From assembly GCA_964584335.1 (NCBI GenBank), contig CAZOZN010000001.1, forward strand, positions 52,722 through 115,781: 63,060 bases of DNA. Direction: 5' to 3'. The number at the start of each line of letters is the position of its first letter. Within the stretch, counting starts at the first letter, position 1. Made by a program: the position numbers and the translations under genes. The notes beneath the pieces were generated by a model that searched no databases, was not told where the DNA came from, and saw nothing but the letters and a program-made list of their open reading frames with translations. The stretch comes from an uncultured archaeon (GTDB lineage Archaea > Aenigmatarchaeota > Aenigmatarchaeia > PWEA01 > JAGHBM01). Positions 27,861 through 38,468 of the stretch are shown here, piece after piece.

Positions 27861-29327
27861 ATAATATTTCAAACGGTCGTATTTTCTTAATATCCTTTTC
27901 AGATCTTCTCGACCAATAATTTTTATCCTACTATTTTTTGAATAATCAAGTATTTTATCATCCAGTTTTTGAGATGTTATCAATATAGCATTATAATCAT
28001 CAGAAGGTCTATTTTCTTCTAAAAATTTCATATATTCAGTTAATTGATTTATAACATACTTATCAATACTTTTGCTAAATTCTATCAAAAATTTTTTCCC
28101 TTCGTAAGTTACAAGGTAATCAAAGACGTAATTTTTTTCATATTTTTTATCAGACTTTATTTGTGTTTCTATCTTTGCACCTATTCTATTGAGTAGATAA
28201 TTGATAAAATTATTAAATGCAACAAAATTCATCGTGTCAATATCTCTGATTGATATTGTCTCTTGATAATGAGGAATTGTCTTACCATCTAATTGATCAC
28301 TTAAGAATGAAATATCTTTAAGAATGGCAATACAAATTCCATCGCTAGTTATTGTATAACTATTCTCTTTTTCATGAATGTTGATATCTTCAGGATAATC
28401 GCTAAAATGTTTAAATCCTGGTAGAGAAATAAGATCTTTATCAATACCTATAAAAAAATATTCATTTTCGTTGATCTTTTCAATATTGCCTAAAAATATT
28501 TTATCGCTTTTAACAATTTTAATATAATCTTTTTTTATCTTGTTAAATAGTTCAGTTTTTTCTCTAAATTCCGGAAAATTTCTGTCATATAATATTCTTT
28601 TTCTCATATGATCAAAATATAAACCAAGTTCTTTTTGACCAATAAAATTAAAAATTCTAGAATAGTGACCTGCTTTTAGTAATAATTCTTTTTCTCCTAG
28701 ATTTTCAGGATTCATTGAAGGCGGGTCTAAAATTTCTACCTGCGTTATTAGATTTTCCCTCAAAATTGCTAGAGAAGCGAAATTTACATCTGCTGGTCTG
28801 CGATTTTTTTGTCTAACTGCATGATTCTTTTCCTCATTTGAGTACGTATTTATTGAACCTTTTGCTTCCCATACAAGGTACCTCGATAAGTTAGAAAATG
28901 CTTTAATGTCCGGTAGACTAACTCCTCGACGCTTTATTTTTGCTAAGGTTGACCATTTTAAACCAAATATGAAATCTGCTACGTTTACAGATATTCCTTC
29001 TCCTAATTTTCTTGAAATGATAATTTGTATATCATCATCTCTATCTTCAATTCTGACTTTAAAATCACTATCTTCATCTAAAATGATCCTCTCGATTAAA
29101 GCAGCTTCATCTAGAAATTTATTTCTTTTTGTAAAATATCTAATAGGATTTACTATTGCAATTGATTTTATAAGTTTGTAAATCTGAATTGGGACAATTA
29201 CTGGTTGGTTTCGCATGTTAATATTTCTGTTATGTTCTTGAATTGAATTAGTTAATCTTGGATCAATTGTGACTTCAACATTTTTATTGACCAATCTAGT
29301 CCATATTTTTTCAAACATAATTACCAT
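27843..29327 (-). CDS. Putative nuclease with two PD-(D/E)XK-like domains (C-terminal one Mrr-like)
   Basis: PDIKA...VWEAKGS in the N-half; FDYLV...LIEFSK...AILITS...IIGREDL in the C-terminal part. Confidence 0.65.
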   Translation of the reverse strand: MVIMFEKIWTRLVNKNVEVTIDPRLTNSIQEHNRNINMRNQPVIVPIQIYKLIKSIAIVNPIRYFTKRNKFLDEAALIERIILDEDSDFKVRIEDRDDDIQIIISRKLGEGISVNVADFIFGLKWSTLAKIKRRGVSLPDIKAFSNLSRYLVWEAKGSINTYSNEEKNHAVRQKNRRPADVNFASLAILRENLITQVEILDPPSMNPENLGEKELLLKAGHYSRIFNFIGQKELGLYFDHMRKRILYDRNFPEFREKTELFNKIKKDYIKIVKSDKIFLGNIEKINENEYFFIGIDKDLISLPGFKHFSDYPEDINIHEKENSYTITSDGICIAILKDISFLSDQLDGKTIPHYQETISIRDIDTMNFVAFNNFINYLLNRIGAKIETQIKSDKKYEKNYVFDYLVTYEGKKFLIEFSKSIDKYVINQLTEYMKFLEENRPSDDYNAILITSQKLDDKILDYSKNSRIKIIGREDLKRILRKYDRLKYYLNSSR

Positions 29328-29523
29328 CTACAAAATGTTACAACGGATAAATATTTATAAAACATTTAGTTCAAATTATTTTGTGAAAAAATAGAATCAT
29401 TTCTTTTTTAATTTAAATCAATCAAATCTAATTTCAGACCAATTAAAGAAATCTGATCCTATTAGTGTATAACTAATATATGGTAAAATCTAGAAAATAA
29501 AATTGAAATAACTAAATATCTAA

Positions 29524-30087
29524 TTATTCTTCAAGCTTTTGTATCATTTTATTTGGTGATATACTCCTCATTTTAATCCAATTTAATTTTTGTGAAGATA
29601 TCTGCCGAGCAATACTATCTCTAGTAACAAAATAATCAATATTTGCAGAATTTGCCTGGACAATTATCAATGAATCCATTGGTTCAAAGCCTTTATCAAT
29701 TAGAGATTCGACTTGTTTTAAATCAATTTTATTTGATACGATCTTATTTTTTTTGGAGGTTCTAAGTTCATTAAAAAAATCTACTATCTCTTTTTTGTAA
29801 TTCTGAGTTAATTTCGTATTAAAAATGATTTTATTTGAATCATTACTGTAAAAGTCCTCTGTGGAAAAACCCTCTTCCTTGACAAGATAATTCTTCTTTT
29901 TTGATCTAATGAACTTATATTTCAATTCTAACTCTAAAATTTTTGGAATTATCAATAAGTGTTTACTATCAACATTAGTCAAAAGTTCTAAAAGTCTCTT
30001 TGCTTTATTCGATCCAGTTTTTTTCCAAGCATAATCTATCCATATGTTCGTGTCAACACAGATTTTTAACCTTTTCATTGACATCAA
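29524..30087 (-). CDS. PIN-domain (VapC-like) ribonuclease
   Basis: ICVDTNIWID, ELE, DSLII and FVTRD acidic tetrad. Confidence 0.85.
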   Translation of the reverse strand: MMSMKRLKICVDTNIWIDYAWKKTGSNKAKRLLELLTNVDSKHLLIIPKILELELKYKFIRSKKKNYLVKEEGFSTEDFYSNDSNKIIFNTKLTQNYKKEIVDFFNELRTSKKNKIVSNKIDLKQVESLIDKGFEPMDSLIIVQANSANIDYFVTRDSIARQISSQKLNWIKMRSISPNKMIQKLEE

Positions 30088-30088
30088 C

Positions 30089-30286
30089 TTAAAACTTAAA
30101 ATTCCCTAATTTATAGAACCATCTAGGATTTTTTGAAATCCAAACTTCAACACCACTCCGAGAACCAAATACTCTTGCATAATATCCTTGATTTCTCAAT
30201 CTAGAAGATTGGACATTGGCAGCTTTCTTTGTTCTATGTTTTGAATATAAATAAAAAGGAATCCCGTCAATCTCTTTAACTCTCAA
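30089..30286 (-). CDS. Small basic protein upstream of PIN (candidate antitoxin)
   Basis: 65-aa ORF with GGTGA RBS, abutting the PIN start. Confidence 0.65.
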   Translation of the reverse strand: MRVKEIDGIPFYLYSKHRTKKAANVQSSRLRNQGYYARVFGSRSGVEVWISKNPRWFYKLGNFKF

Positions 30287-30320
30287 ATTAATTCACCTAG
30301 TAGGTATGCTAATAAATATT

Positions 30321-32165
30321 CTAACTTGTATTTACTATATAAATTTCATATTTACCTTTTTTGTAACAATTTAAAATCTGATCTAGTTTATTTCTCAAAT
30401 TCTTATCGGGTACCACAAAGACAACAAACCTTCTTTCTTTCACATTCTTTTCATAATTCTTTTTAATCTGTTCAGGATGGTTCGCAGAGGTCTCAACCTC
30501 TATAGCCAATTCTCTCCCGTCTTTTTCTGCAATCATATCTGGTTGTTCTTCTCTACCTACCTGTTCAGGAATCTCAACATTGTAACCCTGACCTTCCAGC
30601 CAATCCTTCGCCCTGAATAATAAAGCCCGATGCAGTTCCCCTCCCGCCTTAGCACTTGAACCAGATGAGATGCCTAATCCAATTTCTCTCAATCCCTTCT
30701 CGGTAAGTTTCGTCAAGACTTTAGGCCGGCCTCTCCCCTGTTTCTTAACAACCCTTTCAACCAGTCCTTTGCTCTGTGCCTGATCCAGCCAGTCACTCAG
30801 TTTCGAGCCGGGAACTGACATCCTCTTAGAGATATTGGTCCTTGTCGGCTCCAGACCCTCATCAATTATCTGGTTTACAGTTTGTAAAAGGGCGATTATC
30901 TCTTTTTTCACCTCAGGTTTAAAGGAGGTTTGCTGAGGGAGTCTAGGTATGGAATAGACTTTTCTCATCCTTTCAATCAGTTTTTCAGTAAAATTATGCT
31001 TTATGTATGGGGGCTCTGGTGTAGAAACCTCAAACGGAGGAACCGGCCTCTCACCAAAACCGCTTCTGAGCTTGACAATGGCCTTACCGTCAGGAAGAGA
31101 TGTTAAAATTCTGATAATCCGATTCCTGTCTCCGCTCAACGAATCACTAACCAGACGTGCATCCCTTTCAGAAATCCGAAAAATTACTTTTGTTGCAGTG
31201 TTTCCTAAAACGTCAGTCAGCATCTTCACTGGAATCTGCTTCGTATGTTGGTGGGCCAGAAGCAATCCAATTCCATATTTCCTGCCTTCCGTTACCAAAT
31301 CTCCAAGAGTTTCCAGATGGGAAAAATTCTGAAACTCATCAATGGCTAGAAACAACGGAGTACGAGATTTCCTTTCCCTTGAGAGAACAGAGAGCCATAA
31401 CTTCGTAATAAGAGCAGAGCCAATCATTCCAGAATTCATCTCAGAAAGTTCCCCTTTGGGCAGTCTCCATATCACAAGCTTCCCGGGTTCCAGCAGTTTC
31501 TCGATGTCAACCGTTGAGATTTTCTCGCAGAACATCCGCCTTAGCATTTCATTTCTGACGAAAGGCTCCAGCTTGTTTATCACAGAGTCAGTCCTGCCCT
31601 TAGGGAGCCGGTCAATCTCGTCATAAAATTCCCTGTAATCATCTCTATCAAGATTCCCATTCACCAAATCAAGGAGCTTATCAAAAGTCGGGGAATCATC
31701 ATCCTCATAAATCCTCCTAAGGGCGTTCTGGAAAATCCTGTTGAGTGAGGGGCCCCAATACACCCGGCCGTAAATCTTCTTCATGAAAGAGACTATCTCG
31801 CCAATCAGCCGTTCCACCATAATTGAACGCTGTTTGCTGTCTTTGTAACGGGGCAGCTCAAATGGATTCATGGAAAACTCCACCTTCAGTGGGTCAAAGA
31901 AAAAGACATTCCCCAAATCTTCAGGATAGACGGCATCAACAATGTCATAAGAAAGGTCTCCATGCGGGTCAAGAACCCAGGTACAAAATCCCTTCCTGAA
32001 AGCGCCAAGAACCTCATTGATGATTAGGGTGCTTTTTCCTGAACCGGTGGAACCTATAACATACTGGTGGCGAAACAAATCCTCTTTTTCGATATGGACT
32101 TCTCTAAGATTACCATCAACAGTTTCAGCATTTCCTATTAGGATTCCGCCCATAAAATCAACCAC
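30321..32165 (-). CDS. VirD4/TraD-like (HerA superfamily) ATPase fused to wHTH and PD-(D/E)XK domains
   Basis: HQYVIGSTGSGKS, LDPHGD, IDEFQNF, EGRKYG, AHQ; C-terminal PDMIA...AIEVETS. Confidence 0.85.
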   Translation of the reverse strand: MVDFMGGILIGNAETVDGNLREVHIEKEDLFRHQYVIGSTGSGKSTLIINEVLGAFRKGFCTWVLDPHGDLSYDIVDAVYPEDLGNVFFFDPLKVEFSMNPFELPRYKDSKQRSIMVERLIGEIVSFMKKIYGRVYWGPSLNRIFQNALRRIYEDDDSPTFDKLLDLVNGNLDRDDYREFYDEIDRLPKGRTDSVINKLEPFVRNEMLRRMFCEKISTVDIEKLLEPGKLVIWRLPKGELSEMNSGMIGSALITKLWLSVLSRERKSRTPLFLAIDEFQNFSHLETLGDLVTEGRKYGIGLLLAHQHTKQIPVKMLTDVLGNTATKVIFRISERDARLVSDSLSGDRNRIIRILTSLPDGKAIVKLRSGFGERPVPPFEVSTPEPPYIKHNFTEKLIERMRKVYSIPRLPQQTSFKPEVKKEIIALLQTVNQIIDEGLEPTRTNISKRMSVPGSKLSDWLDQAQSKGLVERVVKKQGRGRPKVLTKLTEKGLREIGLGISSGSSAKAGGELHRALLFRAKDWLEGQGYNVEIPEQVGREEQPDMIAEKDGRELAIEVETSANHPEQIKKNYEKNVKERRFVVFVVPDKNLRNKLDQILNCYKKGKYEIYIVNTS

Positions 32166-33030
32166 TGAACCTCAGGGAAGGTTTCGAATATTTCACACCG
32201 CAGTCTCCAGCCCCAACCGGTAAATGGACCATAGAAGAGAGTTCGGAAACACTTATCATGAATTGTTTTTTAAAAAGTGCAAATCTCCTTTCTGAAATTC
32301 TTTTCAAGAGACAGTAAGAATTCGTCATTATAGGGTAAGTAACAATCTTTGGAACCAACCAGCTAGTCTCACTGTCAAAGATTGATAATGTATGTCCTAT
32401 CTGTTGGCAGGCTTCCCTTGATTTTTCCATGTTGGGAGAAATGACAGCATATCGTATACTACACTTGACTACCGGAGCCCTTCCAAAAACCTTGTATTTG
32501 TGGGCTACAGCAGGAATCTTTTTCTTAGGGATTTTCCCCATTCTTTCAAAAAGTATCTGGAAAACCACCTTTCCGTCAAAATGGTTTATTGTCTGGAGAA
32601 GATGCCTGAGCGGCTCATAATGAAAATCAGCCGGGCATCTCAGATTCAATTCCCATCCGGTAAGTTCAACAGTACCGGCCGAGACAAAATCCATTTCCTT
32701 TAGCAAGGGGATAAAAGAGTTGGCTCTTTCAATTTTAGCTTCCGGGTAAACTGATTTGAGCTGGCTTTTCATCAATCCTTCCGCATTTGAAGAAAAGCTG
32801 TAGAAGAAAAACCTGATTCCGTTGTCTTTCCAGATTTCAAATGAAAAACGTGCAGGATATCTTTGCATCAGATAGAGTATCTTCTGCATGGATTCAATTG
32901 ACCGCATGGATGAATCCCCAGGCGTTGCTTCAAGAAGAACACCATCTGGAAAACTCAGGTTAAGAATTTCTCTTCTAGATAATCGGTAGACGCCCAAAGA
33001 CCAATTTTTAAAAGACTCAAAAATACTCAT
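32158..33030 (-). CDS. Hypothetical partner of the VirD4-like ATPase
   Basis: FSFEIW, SVYPEAKI and ELSSMVHLP resemble the N-terminal region often fused to TraD-like ATPases (recollection); overlaps the ATPase start. Confidence 0.65.
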   Translation of the reverse strand: MSIFESFKNWSLGVYRLSRREILNLSFPDGVLLEATPGDSSMRSIESMQKILYLMQRYPARFSFEIWKDNGIRFFFYSFSSNAEGLMKSQLKSVYPEAKIERANSFIPLLKEMDFVSAGTVELTGWELNLRCPADFHYEPLRHLLQTINHFDGKVVFQILFERMGKIPKKKIPAVAHKYKVFGRAPVVKCSIRYAVISPNMEKSREACQQIGHTLSIFDSETSWLVPKIVTYPIMTNSYCLLKRISERRFALFKKQFMISVSELSSMVHLPVGAGDCGVKYSKPSLRFSG

Positions 33031-33135
33031 GAAGAAGTTTTGTAAAATTTAATAAACATACGAGGGCAGAGAGTGGATTTCAAAATAGATTGTTTATAAA
33101 ATCATTAATCTGTTTTAATTTAATCATGAAATTTT

Positions 33136-36100
33136 TCAATCTTTATATTTGACATGACTTTTTCCACTCACATTTCCCCCGTTGTTCAATGTATATACAC
33201 CACTTAGTTCTAATCTTCCAACAAAATCTTTTCTAGGCGAATTTCCCCCAATTAACTGTTTCTCTCCAGAAATAGTCCAAAAAATTGAATATTCGTTTTT
33301 ATCCAGAAAGTTGATCAGAGCTTGTTTATTAATTAGTAGTGTTGATGGAAATTTTTCTTCAAATACGCTAGTAGCTAATATCATAAGATTTCCTTCGCTA
33401 TCAAAAAATCTCCCATCAAGGTATAAATGATTCAACCCAACATTATTAACTAGCCATTTGCATGGAAGTTTTACAGATACATTTCCATCATAAGAGCAAT
33501 CTAAAGTAGATTCATTCAAATAGGAGTCATCGGTAACAACAACTGGAATTTTTATATCTTCAGCCCCCATTCCAGATTTTGTCCAAATATTGTAATCACC
33601 TCTCAAATCATTAAATGCGGTGGAATTTGGATATTCGCCCAAAAAAATTTCATAAAAATTATGTGACTCCGGCATCCAACTCCCCGTAAAATCTTGTTTT
33701 TTAGCCCAATCAAAAAAATTCTTTGCATCTCTCTTTTTTACAATGTAACTTCTAATTATATACCACAATTCTCTGATTGGGATGTCATATTTTTTGTATT
33801 TAGGGGGAGTTTTTTCCTCCCACTTTACAAAACCTTCTAGCATTAACCATCCATTATTTTTATCATCGTCAATTTGAATTATTCCCTGTGGTTTGGGTAA
33901 ATCAGTTCCAGTTTTTATCCAATCCTCAGTTGATTTTGCGTTTTCCCAGGCATCGTAATGTCCGTATTTCGATTGCCACGAAGAAAAAGTTATAGAATTT
34001 TTTATATGTTCATCATTCTGTAAAACAAAAGAAGGATCTATATCTCTGATGTTTAGATGCCATGGTCCTTTATAATCTTCCCTTGAATCACTCCAGCTAT
34101 CACCTTTGAATTCAAAATGATCAGAAACAAGCGCTGCGATTTGATGGAAAGCAATCCATTGATATTTTTTTCCAATCCTTTCGGATTTATGTCCAGATCT
34201 TCCGGTGTTGTAACGGTTTAGAGCTCTATCAAATTCACCGTGTAATTCTACATCGTAACCAAGTTTAAAAATTTCTTGTACTGCTAAATTACTAATCTGC
34301 TGCATAGCATATCCTTTTTTTTCTATATTCCAACAGGATAAAGCGCTTTGAAACACATATCTTCCAAAGTCGCCATACATCCCTATTCTACTATGCTCAG
34401 GTTGCATAGAATTGATAATATTGTTTTGTGCCCAATAGTAATCTTTGAAATTCTTAGATTTATAATCAAACTCATAATTTTTGATTTTTTTATCTGATGG
34501 CATTTTTTTCGGCCATTTGCTGATGTAAGGTGGATCAACATTGCTTTTATTGATTTTAAGCCCAATCCCCCTCCTTAAAGCAACTTCAATTACCCCACGT
34601 GCATAATCACGTAGTAAAATATGTACAGGCGGTCTATTATCTTTGAAGATATTCTCATAAATCCATATTGCTAAAATTTTTAGATTATGTAAATCTTCTT
34701 GATTTCTTAAAACACAACCATATGCAACCGCAAAAAGTCGTTCGACAACATAAAGGTCATTTGTGTCTTTGAATTTTTCCAATAGTTTTGGAAGTAAATT
34801 GATTCTATGCTGCAATAAACAAACAAGCCCCTTCGTTGCTTTATCTCTCACGGCTCTATTTGGAGTTGTTAAAAACCAAGAAAGTGTAATTGATGCCAGA
34901 AATGCAGATTCATCGTTTATATGATTTTTCTCTGTTTCAGACCAGCACCATTGAAGGAGTCTATCAACTGCTCCTTGATTGCCATATTGGTAATGTAAAA
35001 AAGTCGACCACCAAGAATCCCTTTTGGGCATTGAAAAATTTGAGAGATGTTTGAATAATCTTTCGGCGTTGAAAGGGTGGTTTAGGATTGGGGCAACTGA
35101 TAAAAAAGCATTTAACAGATGAATTTGTCCAGATTCTTTTTGGACGATAGTTTCATTTATAATTCTGAGGGTGTTTTTTTCATTTTTGGAAAATGCTTTT
35201 GGATTCCTCCAAATAAGGCTTTCAACAAATGCTTCTTCTGTTATTTGAGCAAGGTACTCTTCCGTCAAGAGGTATGGAGCAACTTCAATAAATTCGATTC
35301 CTTTTAGTTGTTCGGGACATTGAATTGAAAGCGCTTCTATGATCCCTCGTCTGCGTGTGTTTGATAAAAATTTACCAAGCTTTCTTCTCTTCGAAAAATA
35401 TTTTTTGGCAGTTTTTAGGTTCTTATTTGAATTCCCGAATTCATCTTCATATTTTTTAAATATATACCTCCCAATCAAGTGGTCGCTGAATTTTTGAAAT
35501 GGGAATCTAACATCAAAACTATCTGTTCCATTGTCTTTCATATATTTTGGAACCTTCACAACAAGCATATTTCCTTCGAGTGCTTGGACAAATTTTCCAG
35601 CATCAACATGAGGATATGTTTTTTGAATGATGTCGACTAGCTTTTCTTCTGGGATCCGTTCATTATTTTGATGTACCATTTCACTGGCGATTTCTTTAAT
35701 GATTTCATTCCATATGCGATACGCTGAACTTTTATAACTTCCTTTTTGAATTTTAAATTCTTTAGCAATGACATTTGTAGCATTAAGAATAAAAGACTCA
35801 AAAATATATGTAGCTCCTTCAATTCCTCTAAAAATTTGTTTTTTCTTCTTAGGTTTTCTCCTTTTAAACGCCTTGCAGAACAATAATAAAAATAAAGGAT
35901 TTTGAAACTCTGGTACTAAAAGAGGGATTTCGGGTAATGGGATAGAAAATGCATTAAAAAATTTGTTTACTGCTTCCCATTCTTTAAAACGAAATCCTTG
36001 ATGTTCTTTGTGAATAAAAAACTTTTTTTGTTCTTCTGTTAATACTTCATTCTCAAATCCAGACCGGACACTCATAATCAAAGCTATATTTGAATATTTT

Positions 36101-37005
36101 TCAACATCTTTGACGACAGTGTTTAGATTTTTTTTCCAGAAATCTGGTGCATGATTAATGTTTTCATTGAGAGCATCAATAATCAACAGGGAACGGCATT
36201 TCCTCTTCTTTCCAAGATCATCAATTGTTTTTAAAAAATTTTCTTTAGTTTTAATTGTATCTTCTATACCTAATTGTTTTAGAGCTTGAGACCAAAAATC
36301 CTTATCATTTGAAAAAAATTCTCCAAATATCAATAAAGCAGGCAGAACCTCTTTTTCGTTATTTATTCTGTGTTCGACAACATCACAAAGCAAATGTGTT
36401 TTTCCAGAACCTGCCTCACCGGTTAGAAATAAAAAGGGACGATTTGAAAGTTGTGCTTTCAAACTTGATGAAAAAATCTCTAAATTATGTACTATTTCTC
36501 GTATTTTATGAATATGATGGATGTCCGAGTCAATTTTTTCAGAGGGAGATTGCTGATAACTACCACCCGGTTTTGGAGGTGTTTTTATATTTTTTACTTG
36601 CTCTCGCTCATTTATTAATTGGTCAATAAATTTCCAGAACTTATCATCCAACCCCTTTGTTTTCTGCTGAATTTTATCCCATGAAATAGAATCTGAATCA
36701 TATCCTTTTATATTTTCAAGATCCTTAAACAGCGAATTAATATCCTTTTTAATTTGGTCATACTTCTTCTGTAGATTTTTATTTTCATATTTGTAAGTTA
36801 CATACCTAAATGCCCGGAGTAACTCGCCGTATTCTTCCCTAATCGTGACATAAAATTTTTCAGTTCTACTTATTCCATCAAATATATCCAAGATTGGGAG
36901 TCCAACATTTAATTCTGGAGTGTATCTAACACCAGCTTTTTTCTTGATCTCCCTTAGATGAGTTTTAATCCACTTTGTATCTAATACAAACTTTTCTTTT
37001 AACAT
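33136..37005 (-). CDS. avs2: STAND NTPase of AVAST type 2 (Avs2-like), apparently without an N-terminal effector
   Basis: RYTPELN, GEAGSGKTHLL, IIDALNE, NPLFL, RDSWW, LLRDYARG, ERIGKKYQWIA and RDIDPS motifs; GGGTGA RBS before ATG 37005. Confidence 0.8.
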   Translation of the reverse strand: MLKEKFVLDTKWIKTHLREIKKKAGVRYTPELNVGLPILDIFDGISRTEKFYVTIREEYGELLRAFRYVTYKYENKNLQKKYDQIKKDINSLFKDLENIKGYDSDSISWDKIQQKTKGLDDKFWKFIDQLINEREQVKNIKTPPKPGGSYQQSPSEKIDSDIHHIHKIREIVHNLEIFSSSLKAQLSNRPFLFLTGEAGSGKTHLLCDVVEHRINNEKEVLPALLIFGEFFSNDKDFWSQALKQLGIEDTIKTKENFLKTIDDLGKKRKCRSLLIIDALNENINHAPDFWKKNLNTVVKDVEKYSNIALIMSVRSGFENEVLTEEQKKFFIHKEHQGFRFKEWEAVNKFFNAFSIPLPEIPLLVPEFQNPLFLLLFCKAFKRRKPKKKKQIFRGIEGATYIFESFILNATNVIAKEFKIQKGSYKSSAYRIWNEIIKEIASEMVHQNNERIPEEKLVDIIQKTYPHVDAGKFVQALEGNMLVVKVPKYMKDNGTDSFDVRFPFQKFSDHLIGRYIFKKYEDEFGNSNKNLKTAKKYFSKRRKLGKFLSNTRRRGIIEALSIQCPEQLKGIEFIEVAPYLLTEEYLAQITEEAFVESLIWRNPKAFSKNEKNTLRIINETIVQKESGQIHLLNAFLSVAPILNHPFNAERLFKHLSNFSMPKRDSWWSTFLHYQYGNQGAVDRLLQWCWSETEKNHINDESAFLASITLSWFLTTPNRAVRDKATKGLVCLLQHRINLLPKLLEKFKDTNDLYVVERLFAVAYGCVLRNQEDLHNLKILAIWIYENIFKDNRPPVHILLRDYARGVIEVALRRGIGLKINKSNVDPPYISKWPKKMPSDKKIKNYEFDYKSKNFKDYYWAQNNIINSMQPEHSRIGMYGDFGRYVFQSALSCWNIEKKGYAMQQISNLAVQEIFKLGYDVELHGEFDRALNRYNTGRSGHKSERIGKKYQWIAFHQIAALVSDHFEFKGDSWSDSREDYKGPWHLNIRDIDPSFVLQNDEHIKNSITFSSWQSKYGHYDAWENAKSTEDWIKTGTDLPKPQGIIQIDDDKNNGWLMLEGFVKWEEKTPPKYKKYDIPIRELWYIIRSYIVKKRDAKNFFDWAKKQDFTGSWMPESHNFYEIFLGEYPNSTAFNDLRGDYNIWTKSGMGAEDIKIPVVVTDDSYLNESTLDCSYDGNVSVKLPCKWLVNNVGLNHLYLDGRFFDSEGNLMILATSVFEEKFPSTLLINKQALINFLDKNEYSIFWTISGEKQLIGGNSPRKDFVGRLELSGVYTLNNGGNVSGKSHVKYKD

Positions 37006-37374
37006 TAGGTTTTTCACCCGTATGAAATAATTAATAAGATTATGTCTCATAATTAGTAATGATTCCGTGTTTTATAGTTTAGGAAAATTTTTATTTTCAG
37101 TATACTGTTTAGATCTTTAAAAATAAATAATTTAGATTTTTTATTGAATTTTGACCATGTATTAATCTGAAATCTACTCTGTGCCCACAAACCTATACCT
37201 ATCCAACCTTTATAATATCCCAAAAACGGAGTCAACTTCAAAATTCAATTGAAAACTTATATAGAAGTTTAAACCGATTGAACAGATATTTAAGATTTAG
37301 CGATTTTAACTATTTCCCAGTAATCAATTCAAACGACGATGACCAAAACGTGAGTCCGCTGCGGGGGTTGGAAC

Positions 37375-38463
37375 ATGGAAGGTCATCACATAAACTCAAT
37401 TTTCAAAAACAGAGATTCTCTAAATCCTGATTATTTACCTGATACTTTGCCAAACAGAATGAACCATGTGAGAGAATTGTCTGAAGCAATAAAAGAGTTT
37501 ATTAAAGGCAATACAAACCATGTTTTAATAACAGGCCGACCCGGAACAGGCAAGACTGCAACTGTCAGGTTCGTTTTCCGAGAACTGAGGGGAAAATATC
37601 CCATATTATTTTCCTATGTGAATTGTTTCAACAAGACGACAAAGATGGGAGTTCTGTACTCACTGATTCTAGATTTCTTTAAGCAGAAAAGGCCGACCAG
37701 AAGAATGCCGTCAAGGAGGGGAATAGCTTACGACGAGATACTGGATTCATTAAAAACGGAGATACAAAAGACCGGGACAAAGGTTGTTTTATGTCTGGAT
37801 GAAGTTGACCAGCTCAAGGACAAGGATTTCATCTACGACCTTCTTCGTATGAGATGGGGAACACCTAGCATCCAATTAATAGGCATTTCCAATGAACCTT
37901 TTGTTTTCAAGGACCTGGACCCAAGAACTAAAAGCAGGCTATATCCGTTGAAGGAATTCAACTTTTCACCATACACTAAACAGGAACTCAGGGAGATTGT
38001 AACATCTAGGATGGAGGATGGGTTCAGCGAATGGGCTTTTGACTGGGATGTGGTTGATTTTCTTGCTGAATTCACTAATGATAAACGGGGAGATGTGAGG
38101 GTTGTAAGGGAAACTCTAATCCGTGCCGGCGAGACGGCGGTAAAATCGGGGGATAGAAAGGTTACTGTTGAACACTTGAAAGAAAATCTCAACATGACTC
38201 AGTATGCAAAACCAATAAGCGTCATAAGAAATATCTCGGAGAGGGAAAGATTCATCCTAAAGATGATTCCGGAAAGGGGGATTGTATACCCTAAATTTTA
38301 CAGAACATTTAGGCAATTGAACGGCGGGGTTGGAGACAGGATGCTTAGGAATTACATGGAGCGGCTCCAGAAACTTAACCTGATAAAAATGGAAAGTAAA
38401 GGGGTAGGGGGTAGACAGTTCATAACACTGAATACGCCAAGGGAAGTATTATTTGATTTATAA
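37375..38463 (+). CDS. cdc6: Orc1/Cdc6 family replication initiator (element-borne)
   Basis: PDYLPDTLPNR, GRPGTGKT, LDEVD, PRTKSRL, FSPY, GDVR; C-terminal wHTH. Confidence 0.9.
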   Translation: MEGHHINSIFKNRDSLNPDYLPDTLPNRMNHVRELSEAIKEFIKGNTNHVLITGRPGTGKTATVRFVFRELRGKYPILFSYVNCFNKTTKMGVLYSLILDFFKQKRPTRRMPSRRGIAYDEILDSLKTEIQKTGTKVVLCLDEVDQLKDKDFIYDLLRMRWGTPSIQLIGISNEPFVFKDLDPRTKSRLYPLKEFNFSPYTKQELREIVTSRMEDGFSEWAFDWDVVDFLAEFTNDKRGDVRVVRETLIRAGETAVKSGDRKVTVEHLKENLNMTQYAKPISVIRNISERERFILKMIPERGIVYPKFYRTFRQLNGGVGDRMLRNYMERLQKLNLIKMESKGVGGRQFITLNTPREVLFDL

Positions 38464-38468
38464 TATTT

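Noticed and set aside
37053-37374. ORB-containing replication origin upstream of cdc6, or a separate Avs2 effector ORF
   Set aside because: No repeated ORB-like motif was identifiable by eye, and the 62-aa ORF has no recognisable domain.
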